A stretch of 64,000 nt of DNA from a virus, in the IMG/VR virus record IMGVR_UViG_3300021960_000046, positions 22,740 through 86,739 of that record; one strand, written 5' to 3'. A program made the translations under genes and the position numbers. This document shows positions 9,359 to 17,375 of this stretch, piece after piece. The notes under the pieces were generated by a model. The model worked only from the letters and a program-made list of their open reading frames with translations, did no database searches and was not told the origin of the DNA. Positions within the stretch are counted from its first letter, which is position 1, and every line of letters begins with the position of its first letter.

Positions 9359-10024
9359 TTAAAACTCACTATCAGGTTCTACAGCAATCCAGTATTGCAC
9401 TTTGGTTGTTTTGTTAATGAAATGACTAATCTTTTGTGAAGAGATAGCAACATCATAATCACCATTAATTAACTTAAAGTTCTCTTTCTTAAAGAAAGCC
9501 TTAAAGGTTTTATCAGTTGTACCAATTTCTGATACATAGTCATTAGTAGAAGAATCCTTCTTATCAAACGCAACCAACTTAATAACCTTACCATCACCTT
9601 GAATTGAAATATCTGGTAGATTTAGTTGTGTAGCCACTTTCATAAGTTTATCGAATACACCCTTAACTAAAGTAAAGGTAACAAACTTATCTGGCATTGT
9701 GATTGATTTTGATGGCGTCATCAAAACGGATTTATCAGCGAATACATATTTAATCTTAGACTTACTATTATCATCTACAATGTGTAGAGATTGTCCACCA
9801 TTAAATTGTAATGTACTCTTATCAAACAATTCAATAGCTCGTAAGAAATCTGGCAATTTATATACACCAAATTCCTGTTCAAAGGTTTCATCAATTGTTG
9901 CTTCTGCTAATACATTCTTTTGATTTGAAATCGTAGAGATTGTATTACCAGGTTTGAACAAAATGTTCTCGTTAATATCAGCAAAGTTTTTTAATACTGA
10001 CATTGTGTTAGCACTCAAATTCAT
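9359..10024 (-). CDS. gp45: DNA polymerase sliding clamp (gp45)
   Basis: LKNFADIN..I, FGVY.L..FL, YWIAVEPDS. Confidence 0.95.
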   Translation of the reverse strand: MNLSANTMSVLKNFADINENILFKPGNTISTISNQKNVLAEATIDETFEQEFGVYKLPDFLRAIELFDKSTLQFNGGQSLHIVDDNSKSKIKYVFADKSVLMTPSKSITMPDKFVTFTLVKGVFDKLMKVATQLNLPDISIQGDGKVIKLVAFDKKDSSTNDYVSEIGTTDKTFKAFFKKENFKLINGDYDVAISSQKISHFINKTTKVQYWIAVEPDSEF

Positions 10025-10052
10025 AATATATTTTCTCCTTCATAATATTATT

Positions 10053-10126
10053 TGGAGCGGATGAGTGGTACTGCCCCACTTTCATTTGATTGGAAATCAA
10101 ATATAATACTTTTATACGACATCCGC
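10053..10126 (-). tRNA. tRNA-Gly(UCC), strongly atypical D and T loops
   Basis: GCGGATG/CATCCGC-TCCA acceptor, anticodon arm TTTGA-TTTCCAA-TCAAA; D-loop lacks GG; T-loop GGCAGTA. Confidence 0.82.
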
Positions 10127-10133
10127 ATTATTC

Positions 10134-10162
10134 AATATACACTAGATGGCCGTCTTTGTCAA
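10134..10162 (-). promoter_or_regulatory. sigma70-type promoter for tRNA-Gly(UCC)/gp45, embedded in an inverted repeat
   Basis: TTGACA-N17-TATATT; predicted start at or just before the tRNA 5' end. Confidence 0.7.
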
Positions 10163-10180
10163 GCCTAGGACGGCCATCTA
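10143..10180. terminator. 12-bp inverted repeat (terminator-like hairpin)
   Basis: TAGATGGCCGTC...GACGGCCATCTA directly after the 10191 ORF. Confidence 0.55.
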
Positions 10181-10190
10181 ATTTTACTTC

Positions 10191-10430
10191 TTAGTCTTTC
10201 TTAGTTACAAATGAATATAACTCAGCAGCCTGTTTCATCACCTCGGTTGGTGAATACATTTTAGGCAAATACTTTTCAGTATATTCAGTTATATCTTTGT
10301 TTGCTTCTTTTACTTTGTTTAGATTTTCATAAAAGATACCAACTTGTGTATCATATGCTTTATCTAACATTTCTTTAGCCATTGCTAAAGTATCGAAACG
10401 AATTTCGAATGGGTTTTTTCCACTTGACAT
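10191..10430 (-). CDS. conserved hypothetical phage protein
   Basis: KNPFEIRF..L.MAK motif; AAAGGAGA RBS supports the ATG at 10430 over 10499. Confidence 0.7.
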   Translation of the reverse strand: MSSGKNPFEIRFDTLAMAKEMLDKAYDTQVGIFYENLNKVKEANKDITEYTEKYLPKMYSPTEVMKQAAELYSFVTKKD

Positions 10431-10463
10431 AATTTTCTCCTTTGTGTCTGTGTTGTGTGTTAA

Positions 10464-10486
10464 GGTGGCGGAATATTCCCGCCACC
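10464..10486 (-). terminator. GC-rich hairpin downstream of hsp20
   Basis: GGTGGCGG-N7-CCGCCACC. Confidence 0.55.
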
Positions 10487-10503
10487 AATATATATCCAAT
10501 TAA

Positions 10504-10947
10504 CTATTTAACTTCAATAGTCTTTGGTTGTTTGTGTTCTGGAATAATTCTTTCCAAAGACACTTTTAAAAGGCCGTCTTTTAGTTCGGCACCTTTAACT
10601 TCAACATCATCAGCGATTGTAAAAGCTTTAGAGAAATATCTTTTAGCGATACCCTTATGGATAACACCATCTTCCTCGTTATCTTCTTTTTCTTCTTTGA
10701 TTGATTTGATAGTTAATACACCATCTTCCAAAGATACATCAATATCTTTTTTAGAATAACCTGCTAATGCAAGTTCAACATCATAGGTATTTTTACCTGT
10801 CTTTACAATGTTGTATGGTGGGAAATTAGGGACAGAAAGTCCTCTAAAGTCGTCTTCAAACATTCTTTCGAAATGGTCAAAGACATTATCAAAACCGATT
10901 GTTACCGGTCTTAATTGATTGAATATACTTAGTGCTTTGTTTGTCAT
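10504..10947 (-). CDS. hsp20: small heat shock protein Hsp20 (IbpA-like)
   Basis: FPPYNI, ELALAG, HKGIA.R.F...F, GLLKV.LER.IPE. Confidence 0.96.
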   Translation of the reverse strand: MTNKALSIFNQLRPVTIGFDNVFDHFERMFEDDFRGLSVPNFPPYNIVKTGKNTYDVELALAGYSKKDIDVSLEDGVLTIKSIKEEKEDNEEDGVIHKGIAKRYFSKAFTIADDVEVKGAELKDGLLKVSLERIIPEHKQPKTIEVK

Positions 10948-11011
10948 ACAAACCTCCTTTTATTAAGCAAAGTTTATTGTTATTAAATGAAAGCCCATTA
11001 TGGCACTTTCA
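10948..11011 (-). promoter_or_regulatory. ROSE-like RNA thermometer in the hsp20 5' UTR
   Basis: AAACUUUGCUU-AAUAA-AAGGAGGUUU hairpin sequesters the SD with a bulged G (UUGCU motif); second upstream hairpin UGAAAG/CUUUCA. Confidence 0.6.
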
Positions 11012-11015
11012 CATT

Positions 11016-11023
11016 TATTTATA
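11016..11023 (-). promoter_or_regulatory. T4-type late promoter upstream of hsp20
   Basis: TATAAATA. Confidence 0.7.
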
Positions 11024-11035
11024 TAGGTATTCATT

Positions 11036-11269
11036 TTAAAATGTCAACCCATAATGTATAATTAATCCTACACCAAGAATTACTATCTGTGGTGTAAAAT
11101 TGAGAAGAATACTCTTCTCTTGCCATTTGATACCCACATAGGTCCATAGAATAGCACCTAACATGTGTACTATGACATTATAAGGGTATGCTTCTGGTAT
11201 TGTGTGTAATGCTATCGCTATTAATATAGTCGAAGCAGCCACATACTTTATAATATTCACCATTTTCAT
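11036..11269 (-). CDS. small hypothetical membrane protein
   Basis: 77 aa with about three hydrophobic segments; GAGGA RBS. Confidence 0.65.
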   Translation of the reverse strand: MKMVNIIKYVAASTILIAIALHTIPEAYPYNVIVHMLGAILWTYVGIKWQEKSILLNFTPQIVILGVGLIIHYGLTF

Positions 11270-11280
11270 ATCCTCATATA

Positions 11281-11635
11281 AGTGGTAGTTTCGGTTTAGG
11301 GTCTTAAACTACCAAAGAGAGCCGCAGCTTTAGTTTGGAGATTATAGAGGTGAAACTAAGCGCAAATGCTAAAACCCCTCTGTATCTGGTAGTGGTAGGC
11401 CTCACCCACTTTTACCCTAGTATCTACTTAAAGACACATTTCCCGAGGTCACGCTAGCGACCTTTTACGGCTACGAAGGCCAATGGACCAGATAAGGTGG
11501 TAGTTTTGATAAAGCAGACTACCAACTGCTGACTATTCGGATTGAACCGAGGCGTCACCCCTTCCATCGCTGGAGGTCTTACGAATTGCCTCCACATACT
11601 ATTTATTACACTTCACGGCACAGCAGATGGAACGA
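11281..11635 (-). ncRNA. candidate large structured non-coding RNA (class unassigned)
   Basis: GC-enriched ~350 nt with no long ORF; many helices, a multibranch junction, a T-loop-like hairpin and potential pseudoknots; strand inferred from G-U pairs and context. Confidence 0.65.
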
Positions 11636-11643
11636 AATCTCTA

Positions 11644-11847
11644 TTATTTCATTCTTTCAAGTTTAGCTAATCGCTTTTTAGTATTTTTAATACCTTGCTT
11701 CTTAGCCTCTCTACGAATTTCTGAAGGTTTCATATAGTATTGTCTATCTCTAATTTCTTTGATAAGACCCTCTTTCTGAACCTTTCTTTTAAGAACACGC
11801 ATAGCCTGTTCTAAATTGCCATTTCTTACTTTTATTTCTATCGCCAA
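11644..11847 (-). CDS. rpsU: ribosomal protein bS21
   Basis: I.VRNGNLEQAMRVLKRK...G...E...RQYYMKPSE.RR; TTG start. Confidence 0.93.
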   Translation of the reverse strand: MAIEIKVRNGNLEQAMRVLKRKVQKEGLIKEIRDRQYYMKPSEIRREAKKQGIKNTKKRLAKLERMK

Positions 11848-11875
11848 ATTATACTTTAACCTTTCTTGTCCTTTT

Positions 11876-11912
11876 CAAAAAAGTGGTGGTAGGGACACTA
11901 CCCCCTACCACC
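11876..11912 (-). terminator. rho-independent terminator after the cobS-like gene
   Basis: GGTGGTAGGG/CCCTACCACC 10-bp stem followed by a T tract on the minus strand. Confidence 0.75.
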
Positions 11913-11954
11913 GTTTCGAAAGGACACTCTTCGCTTAATGCGAAGAATTGAGTA

Positions 11955-13151
11955 TTAGATAACCTCTTGGTCATCTGAGGACTCCTCCTCACTCATTTGG
12001 GAAGCAATATCAGATTGTCTTTGCTGTTCTGCTATCTGCTCAGCAGTAGCACCAGCGTCAACTTTCTGGTATAGTTCCATAAATGAATTCTTTGTATCAT
12101 CATCAAATCTGTTTGTACACACTTCAATAGCTTTCATTTTGTTATTGAAGATAGCAAACGCTTGAATGATATGTACTAACCTTCTGGTTGAAATAATCTC
12201 ATCAACACCACCATCAAAGTAGGTTTTTCTGATTACATCAGCCCAAGTTACCAACTTATTACAAAAGTCTTTGTCTTTTTTACCAGACTTTTCTAAAGTA
12301 TTGATAAGGATTTTCTCCTCAACCTTAGCAGTTGGATACTTTTGTTCAAAGGTAATTGGAAATCTTTCCAAGAACGCCTCGTTCAATACATTAGTACCGA
12401 TAAACTTACCATCATCACTACCTTGACCTTTTGTATTGGCAGTAGCAATGACATTGAAACCATCAGCAGGTTTCACAAACTTGTTAATCTTTTTAACAAA
12501 GACACCAGAGCCTTCTAAGATTGGTTGTAAACACATAATCTTATTAGACGCAAGGTCAATCTCATCAAGTAACAAGACAGCGCCTCTTTCCATGGCTTCG
12601 ATAACAGGACCATTTTGCCATACGGTCTGACCGTCTTTAAGTCTGTAACCACCTAAAAGGTCGTCTTCATCTGTCTCAATGGTAATGTTAACCCTAATAA
12701 GTTCTCTCTTATTCTCGGCACAAGCCTGAGTAACACCCATTGTCTTACCATTACCAGACAAACCAGTAATGAAGATTGGATAAAACATTCCAGATTTAAC
12801 AATCTGTTTAACATCTGGATAGTTACCAAATGAAACGAATACTGGATCCTTTTTAGGAACAATATCGCCTGTTAGTGAAGACACAACATAAGCCGCCTCA
12901 TAATTTTTTTGACTTTCTGGTGCCAAAATCTTTTCAGCAACCGGAGTAGTCTCACCAACTCCTTCACCATCAACTGGTAGTTTGAACATAGACTTACCAA
13001 TTTTGTAGTCTGAGTTCTTAATCAACCATTGAGGTGCATATTTACAGCCAAACTTTTTGTTGGCTTCTTTAAGTTGTTGAACCGTTAACTCGGCAGTACC
13101 GAATTTTTGAACGGCATAATCAACAAACTCTTTTTGTTTAGTATTTAACAT
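11955..13151 (-). CDS. cobS: CobS-like/MoxR-family AAA+ ATPase
   Basis: Walker A GLSGNGKT, Walker B LLLDEID, ATANTKG.G, VLNEAFLERF. Confidence 0.9.
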   Translation of the reverse strand: MLNTKQKEFVDYAVQKFGTAELTVQQLKEANKKFGCKYAPQWLIKNSDYKIGKSMFKLPVDGEGVGETTPVAEKILAPESQKNYEAAYVVSSLTGDIVPKKDPVFVSFGNYPDVKQIVKSGMFYPIFITGLSGNGKTMGVTQACAENKRELIRVNITIETDEDDLLGGYRLKDGQTVWQNGPVIEAMERGAVLLLDEIDLASNKIMCLQPILEGSGVFVKKINKFVKPADGFNVIATANTKGQGSDDGKFIGTNVLNEAFLERFPITFEQKYPTAKVEEKILINTLEKSGKKDKDFCNKLVTWADVIRKTYFDGGVDEIISTRRLVHIIQAFAIFNNKMKAIEVCTNRFDDDTKNSFMELYQKVDAGATAEQIAEQQRQSDIASQMSEEESSDDQEVI

Positions 13152-13198
13152 AGTGTATGTCCTTTCATATTTAAGTTAATTTCTCACTTTATGGGTCC

Positions 13199-13227
13199 AT
13201 CCTACAGGAGTTTCCTGAAAATGGCAA
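13199..13227 (-). promoter_or_regulatory. early promoter with A-tract UP element
   Basis: TTGCCA-N17-TAGGAT; CCTGTAGGATGGAC shared with the promoter at 15586. Confidence 0.65.
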
Positions 13228-13297
13228 CCATTATTTTCACTTTTTTTCAACTTTTTTTTCGTTGCCAGGTGTGACTTTCCAAGGTGCGACATCCTGT

Positions 13298-15556
13298 CTA
13301 TGCAACCTCCGCTATAAATTTGTTTAAAATCACTCTGGAAACCAATCTATTTTGCATTGCTTTACCAAACATTCTCTTAAACTCACCAACGGTTTCTTTT
13401 TTAATTTCAGTATCAGACATATCAAAGTTCTCAACTTTAAGTCTTTTACCATCTAGTAAAAAGTATTTGTTATAACCAGGTTTGTCAACAGCAATGGCCT
13501 TGTTTTTGGTCATTTCTTTTCTGGCTAATTCAGTTTTTCTACTTCTTTCCATATAGTCTTTGCCTTCCATATACTTCTCAATATCCCACCTTTTAACTCT
13601 TTTAAGGATAAAGAAACCAAGTATGTTACAATCATATTTGTTTTTAATCATGGTCAACAACTTGTCTGTTAAATCATAGTAACTATCTAATACAATCTTA
13701 TTTTTACCACTTTGCAACACGGCTGTTTTATCATAATCAACCACACTTGATTTGTACCATTCATCACTACCAATCTCTGCTGGGTTATACATTTGCTTTC
13801 TAAAGCTGTTTGCCCCACCATCTGTTAAGGTAATAAAGGTCATTTTCTCAATACCATATTTGTCTTTGAACATTGGTATCAATTCATTACAAAACACCAA
13901 CGCTTCGTTAAGTGGTGTATTACCTAAGTACAATGCATTAGGAACACCAAAACTATTGTATCTAGCCATTCTTAAATCACTATCAAAATCTTTTTGATAA
14001 CAATAATTAGCATTGTAATATTGTGCCATGTGGTACATATACATACCTGCTAATTCAAATTCTTTCTTAGTCATTCTGTGACTAAAGCAATTAACTAGAT
14101 TGAAGTTCTCAAACGACCAATCACCTTCTTTGTAGTTAAATGACTTTTCTTGTTTATCACTTCTCTCACTAGTAAAGAAATAAACTTCAAAAGGAATATT
14201 TACTTTTCTAACAAACTCTACAAGGTTAAGTAATTGCTCAACGGTATTCATTAGAGTATCACTCATAGAACCAGACCAATCAAGTAACATCATCATACCG
14301 TGGTTTTTACCATCAGGTATAATAGTCAATTTCTTAAAGATATCATCTGAGTATTTGTAACTAGGTAGTTTTAAAGGGTCAATAATACCTGTCTTATCTG
14401 TTTGTGCTCTCTTGTAAGCAGTAGCAGCTTTCTTCATCTCAAACTCTTTAACAAGATACATAACCGTTTTCTTGTTTTCTTTTTGAAACTTTTTAAATGT
14501 ATCTTTTAACCATGACATATATGGCACATCTTCATAATTGTATGCTCTATGTCTAATTCTTTCTTCTTGCATTAATTGAAGAAACTTTTTGTAAGTAAAG
14601 ATAGATTTAAGATTTGCTTTTGGTATAGAACCGTAAGTGAAACCTTTTGTCTTACTATCAAGTAGTTCTGATTTCTTTTCTTCGTAAGCTTGGTCAGTTA
14701 CAGCTTTTAAAAGTTTGTTAGATGGTGTGCCATCTGAACCTTTACCGTATTGACCAGGTTCACCAGTTTTTTCTTCTTTATTTTCTGTTTTTTCTTCTTG
14801 TGTACTAGATGAATTTTCATTAGCAGGTTTTTCATCATCTGCTTTTTCATCACCAAAGTTATTGAAATCATTTTTTTCATCTGATTGGTCGTTATCATCA
14901 GCACTATCAAACTCATCTTCAAAGTCATCTTCATTACCAAGTTCATAAGTTTTAACAATAGATAACTCATCAAAGTTAGGAAGTTTTTGCATTTCCTCAA
15001 CTTGTTCTTTCTGCCATGCTAACATCTCTTTAGCAAGTGAAAGTACATCATCAAAGGTAGTCACTTGGTCAACTTTAGCCAACCAGTTATTATCTTGGTC
15101 GTTAAATGAAAAAGGTAGTCTGTTAAGTGATTTACTTCTTAGATTAATCTTGTCGATAATCATTAAGTCTGTATTGATATCTTTACCATAAAGACCAAAG
15201 AAGTTCTTTTTTTCTAAGATATCAAAACCGTTTAGGTAGTTTTTAACTACACCAGGATATTTTGCTTGAATTAATTTGTCAATTCTTGTGTCTTCGATAA
15301 CATTGACATATGACCTTAGTTCTTGGTCAGTAATGCCTTCCCATTCTTCATAAGGTGTATATAATGCGTGTGAACATTCGTGTGCTATAAGCATGTCATA
15401 GACATCACCAGATTGTTCTTTGAAAATTGGTAGGGTTAGAATTCTGTTTTTGACATCAAAAGAAGCAGTCGCAACTTTGTCGTGTCTAACGGTAATATTT
15501 TCGTTTGCTAGAAGTTTAGCGAGATTACTCTTAACTTCTAAATTTATAGTGTTCAT
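13298..15556 (-). CDS. CobT-like protein: HExxH metallopeptidase domain, acidic linker, vWA domain
   Basis: AHECSH...NVIEDTRI; MIDAS LDWSGSM, GNTPL, LTDG; adjacent to the AAA ATPase; start may be 15556 or 15577. Confidence 0.85.
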   Translation of the reverse strand: MNTINLEVKSNLAKLLANENITVRHDKVATASFDVKNRILTLPIFKEQSGDVYDMLIAHECSHALYTPYEEWEGITDQELRSYVNVIEDTRIDKLIQAKYPGVVKNYLNGFDILEKKNFFGLYGKDINTDLMIIDKINLRSKSLNRLPFSFNDQDNNWLAKVDQVTTFDDVLSLAKEMLAWQKEQVEEMQKLPNFDELSIVKTYELGNEDDFEDEFDSADDNDQSDEKNDFNNFGDEKADDEKPANENSSSTQEEKTENKEEKTGEPGQYGKGSDGTPSNKLLKAVTDQAYEEKKSELLDSKTKGFTYGSIPKANLKSIFTYKKFLQLMQEERIRHRAYNYEDVPYMSWLKDTFKKFQKENKKTVMYLVKEFEMKKAATAYKRAQTDKTGIIDPLKLPSYKYSDDIFKKLTIIPDGKNHGMMMLLDWSGSMSDTLMNTVEQLLNLVEFVRKVNIPFEVYFFTSERSDKQEKSFNYKEGDWSFENFNLVNCFSHRMTKKEFELAGMYMYHMAQYYNANYCYQKDFDSDLRMARYNSFGVPNALYLGNTPLNEALVFCNELIPMFKDKYGIEKMTFITLTDGGANSFRKQMYNPAEIGSDEWYKSSVVDYDKTAVLQSGKNKIVLDSYYDLTDKLLTMIKNKYDCNILGFFILKRVKRWDIEKYMEGKDYMERSRKTELARKEMTKNKAIAVDKPGYNKYFLLDGKRLKVENFDMSDTEIKKETVGEFKRMFGKAMQNRLVSRVILNKFIAEVA

Positions 15557-15585
15557 ATTAGTGTCCTTTTTCATCATATGTGTCC

Positions 15586-15614
15586 ATCCTACAGGCCTTT
15601 TCCATATAAGTCAA
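15586..15614 (-). promoter_or_regulatory. early promoter with A-tract UP element
   Basis: TTGACT-N17-TAGGAT with long upstream A tracts. Confidence 0.7.
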
Positions 15615-15648
15615 GCGTTTTTGTGATTTTTTTTTAATTTTTTTTCAA

Positions 15649-15675
15649 CAAAAAACCCTTATAGGACAAGGGTTT
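15649..15675 (-). terminator. rho-independent terminator closing the DUF4338-GIY-YIG-MazG-NTase unit
   Basis: AAACCCTT-N7-AAGGGTTT running into a T tract. Confidence 0.55.
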
Positions 15676-15699
15676 ATGTAGCTGCGTCAAATCGCACAG

Positions 15700-16479
15700 C
15701 TAATTTATTGTATTTTTTCGCTCAATATCGTCTTCCGAGCAGTCCGTTCCATACTGGATTTCGATAATTTTAAGTGGTATATGTTCTTCATTACATAACT
15801 GGTGCCATTCACCTCTCTCTATATGTAAGTTATCAAACATTTTATACTCACCTAGTAGTTCTAAATCTGTGTTACTATTGATTGTATAGACGGTGGCCAC
15901 ACCTTTACTGATAAACCAATGTTCTGACCTATCTTTATGTTTTTGCATAGATAGTCTTTCGCCAGGCATTACAACTAATTCTTTTACTTTAACTACATTG
16001 AGTTCATTATGTATAACTCTATAATATCCCCACGGTCTTTCGGTCTGGTTTGTAGCCCATTTCTCTAAAATGCTTGATGAGGAGTTACGCTTCTCCGTAC
16101 CTCCTACACCAAAAGCAAAGGTAATCCAGTCATCTGATTGGAAATACTTCTCTTCAGGTATGTTCTCGGCAGTTCTATCACCACCATTGGCAAAGATAAT
16201 GTGTGCTTTAGGGTAAAATCTTTTGACTTTTAGAATACACTCAATGGCCGTACCGTCCCAATCATCAAACGGTATTACATTGTGTACAAACGATAGGTTT
16301 TCTACAACCTTTTCTCGTTCATAGAAAGGCATAAAGTATTTGCCTTTCTTTTCTTTTAACCAATTGTCTGAGTTAAGTCCTACAATCAAATGGTCGCCTA
16401 AGGCGGCGGCACATTTCAGGTACTCTATATGTCCTGAATGTAAAGGGTCAAAACCGCCAGTTGCAATGACTACTTTCAT
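15700..16479 (-). CDS. cytidylyltransferase-like (HxGH) domain fused to a mannose-6-phosphate isomerase type II cupin
   Basis: TGGFDPLHSGH, FANGGDR, NSSS; then RPWGYY, LSMQKH..RSEHW, IIEIQYG..CSEDDIER. Confidence 0.88.
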   Translation of the reverse strand: MKVVIATGGFDPLHSGHIEYLKCAAALGDHLIVGLNSDNWLKEKKGKYFMPFYEREKVVENLSFVHNVIPFDDWDGTAIECILKVKRFYPKAHIIFANGGDRTAENIPEEKYFQSDDWITFAFGVGGTEKRNSSSSILEKWATNQTERPWGYYRVIHNELNVVKVKELVVMPGERLSMQKHKDRSEHWFISKGVATVYTINSNTDLELLGEYKMFDNLHIERGEWHQLCNEEHIPLKIIEIQYGTDCSEDDIERKNTIN

Positions 16480-16799
16480 CTATTGTCACCATTGCCACCG
16501 ATAACACCTCGGTTCATTCGGTCTTGTAATTTAACTATATTGTTGTCAGCAATAGTTTGGAGGTCGCAGCCAATATCATCAGCCAATACAGCGATATACC
16601 ACAGGCAATCGCCAATTTCAGCGGATATCTCTTTACGATAATCTTTATTCTTCTCATATCCATCTCTTATTAATTTTTTAACTTTGTTCGCCACTTCGCC
16701 TGCTTCACCGGCAAGTCCTAACGCTGGATATAAAATCTGGTGTTTCTTGTCGTAGATAGCCGTTGTCTTGGCCATTTCTTGGTACTCATTGAAATTCAT
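16476..16799 (-). CDS. mazG: MazG-like nucleotide pyrophosphohydrolase
   Basis: LGLAGEAGEV...KK..RD...EIGD.LWY. Confidence 0.9.
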   Translation of the reverse strand: MNFNEYQEMAKTTAIYDKKHQILYPALGLAGEAGEVANKVKKLIRDGYEKNKDYRKEISAEIGDCLWYIAVLADDIGCDLQTIADNNIVKLQDRMNRGVIGGNGDNR

Positions 16800-16811
16800 T
16801 TCTATTTAGTC

Positions 16812-17375
16812 CTAATTTGTTTTATACACATAACCCTCAGAAAGACCTAATTCTTTCCATGTACGATTACTTTCTTGTATATTTAAATCCGGATACACGC
16901 CATTGATTTTGTGGTATTCATCAACAAACTCTTTCTCTACCGTGTGAAAATCAATAGGTATCTCCTTCTTGTATTTCTTACCATTGAATGTTGGTATCTC
17001 TACTTCAACAATCGGCAGTAGTAAAAAATAGACTTCTAACCTATTACCAGCAAGCAATTCTTGTTTCATATACTTACAGATTGCATAATTTCTCATACTC
17101 TCTGTCTTGCCAATATCGCCTCTGAAATAAGCCGAGATGGTCGCTTCGATACCGCCTTTGTCTTGCGAGCCACCAATCTTTACTATTTTACTATTGTTAG
17201 TTAAAATGTAAAGTCTTCCTCTTGGATTCTTTCTGTATTCTTTTAAACAAGTGGTGTTTAATGATAACTTATTGTCGTTAAGGAATATCTCACCTAGTTT
17301 GACCCATTGAGATAAATCTAAACCATCAATAGAAGTTACTTCTTTGTAACCTAGCATTTCAGCTATCTTGTTCAT
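16812..17375 (-). CDS. GIY-YIG endonuclease (Hpy188I / T4 EndoII-like)
   Basis: GRLYIL...KIVKIGGS variant of the GIY-YIG hairpin; S.RNY, LEVY, VEKEF..EY...NG.YP.LNIQ C-terminal pattern. Confidence 0.65.
   Translation of the reverse strand: MNKIAEMLGYKEVTSIDGLDLSQWVKLGEIFLNDNKLSLNTTCLKEYRKNPRGRLYILTNNSKIVKIGGSQDKGGIEATISAYFRGDIGKTESMRNYAICKYMKQELLAGNRLEVYFLLLPIVEVEIPTFNGKKYKKEIPIDFHTVEKEFVDEYHKINGVYPDLNIQESNRTWKELGLSEGYVYKTN

Noticed and set aside
10431-10499. Longer N-terminus of the 10191 ORF
   Set aside because: It runs through the hsp20 terminator hairpin; the RBS supports the ATG at 10430
11281-11635. tmRNA, RNase P RNA or a tRNA cluster as the identity of the structured region
   Set aside because: No tRNA-Ala-like acceptor ends with CCA, no tag frame recognised, no GAGGAAAGUCC P4 signature, no cloverleaf
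11955-15577. Cobalamin biosynthesis (CobST chelatase)
   Set aside because: No cobN or other cob genes here; the HExxH plus vWA architecture fits a generic MoxR-vWA pair
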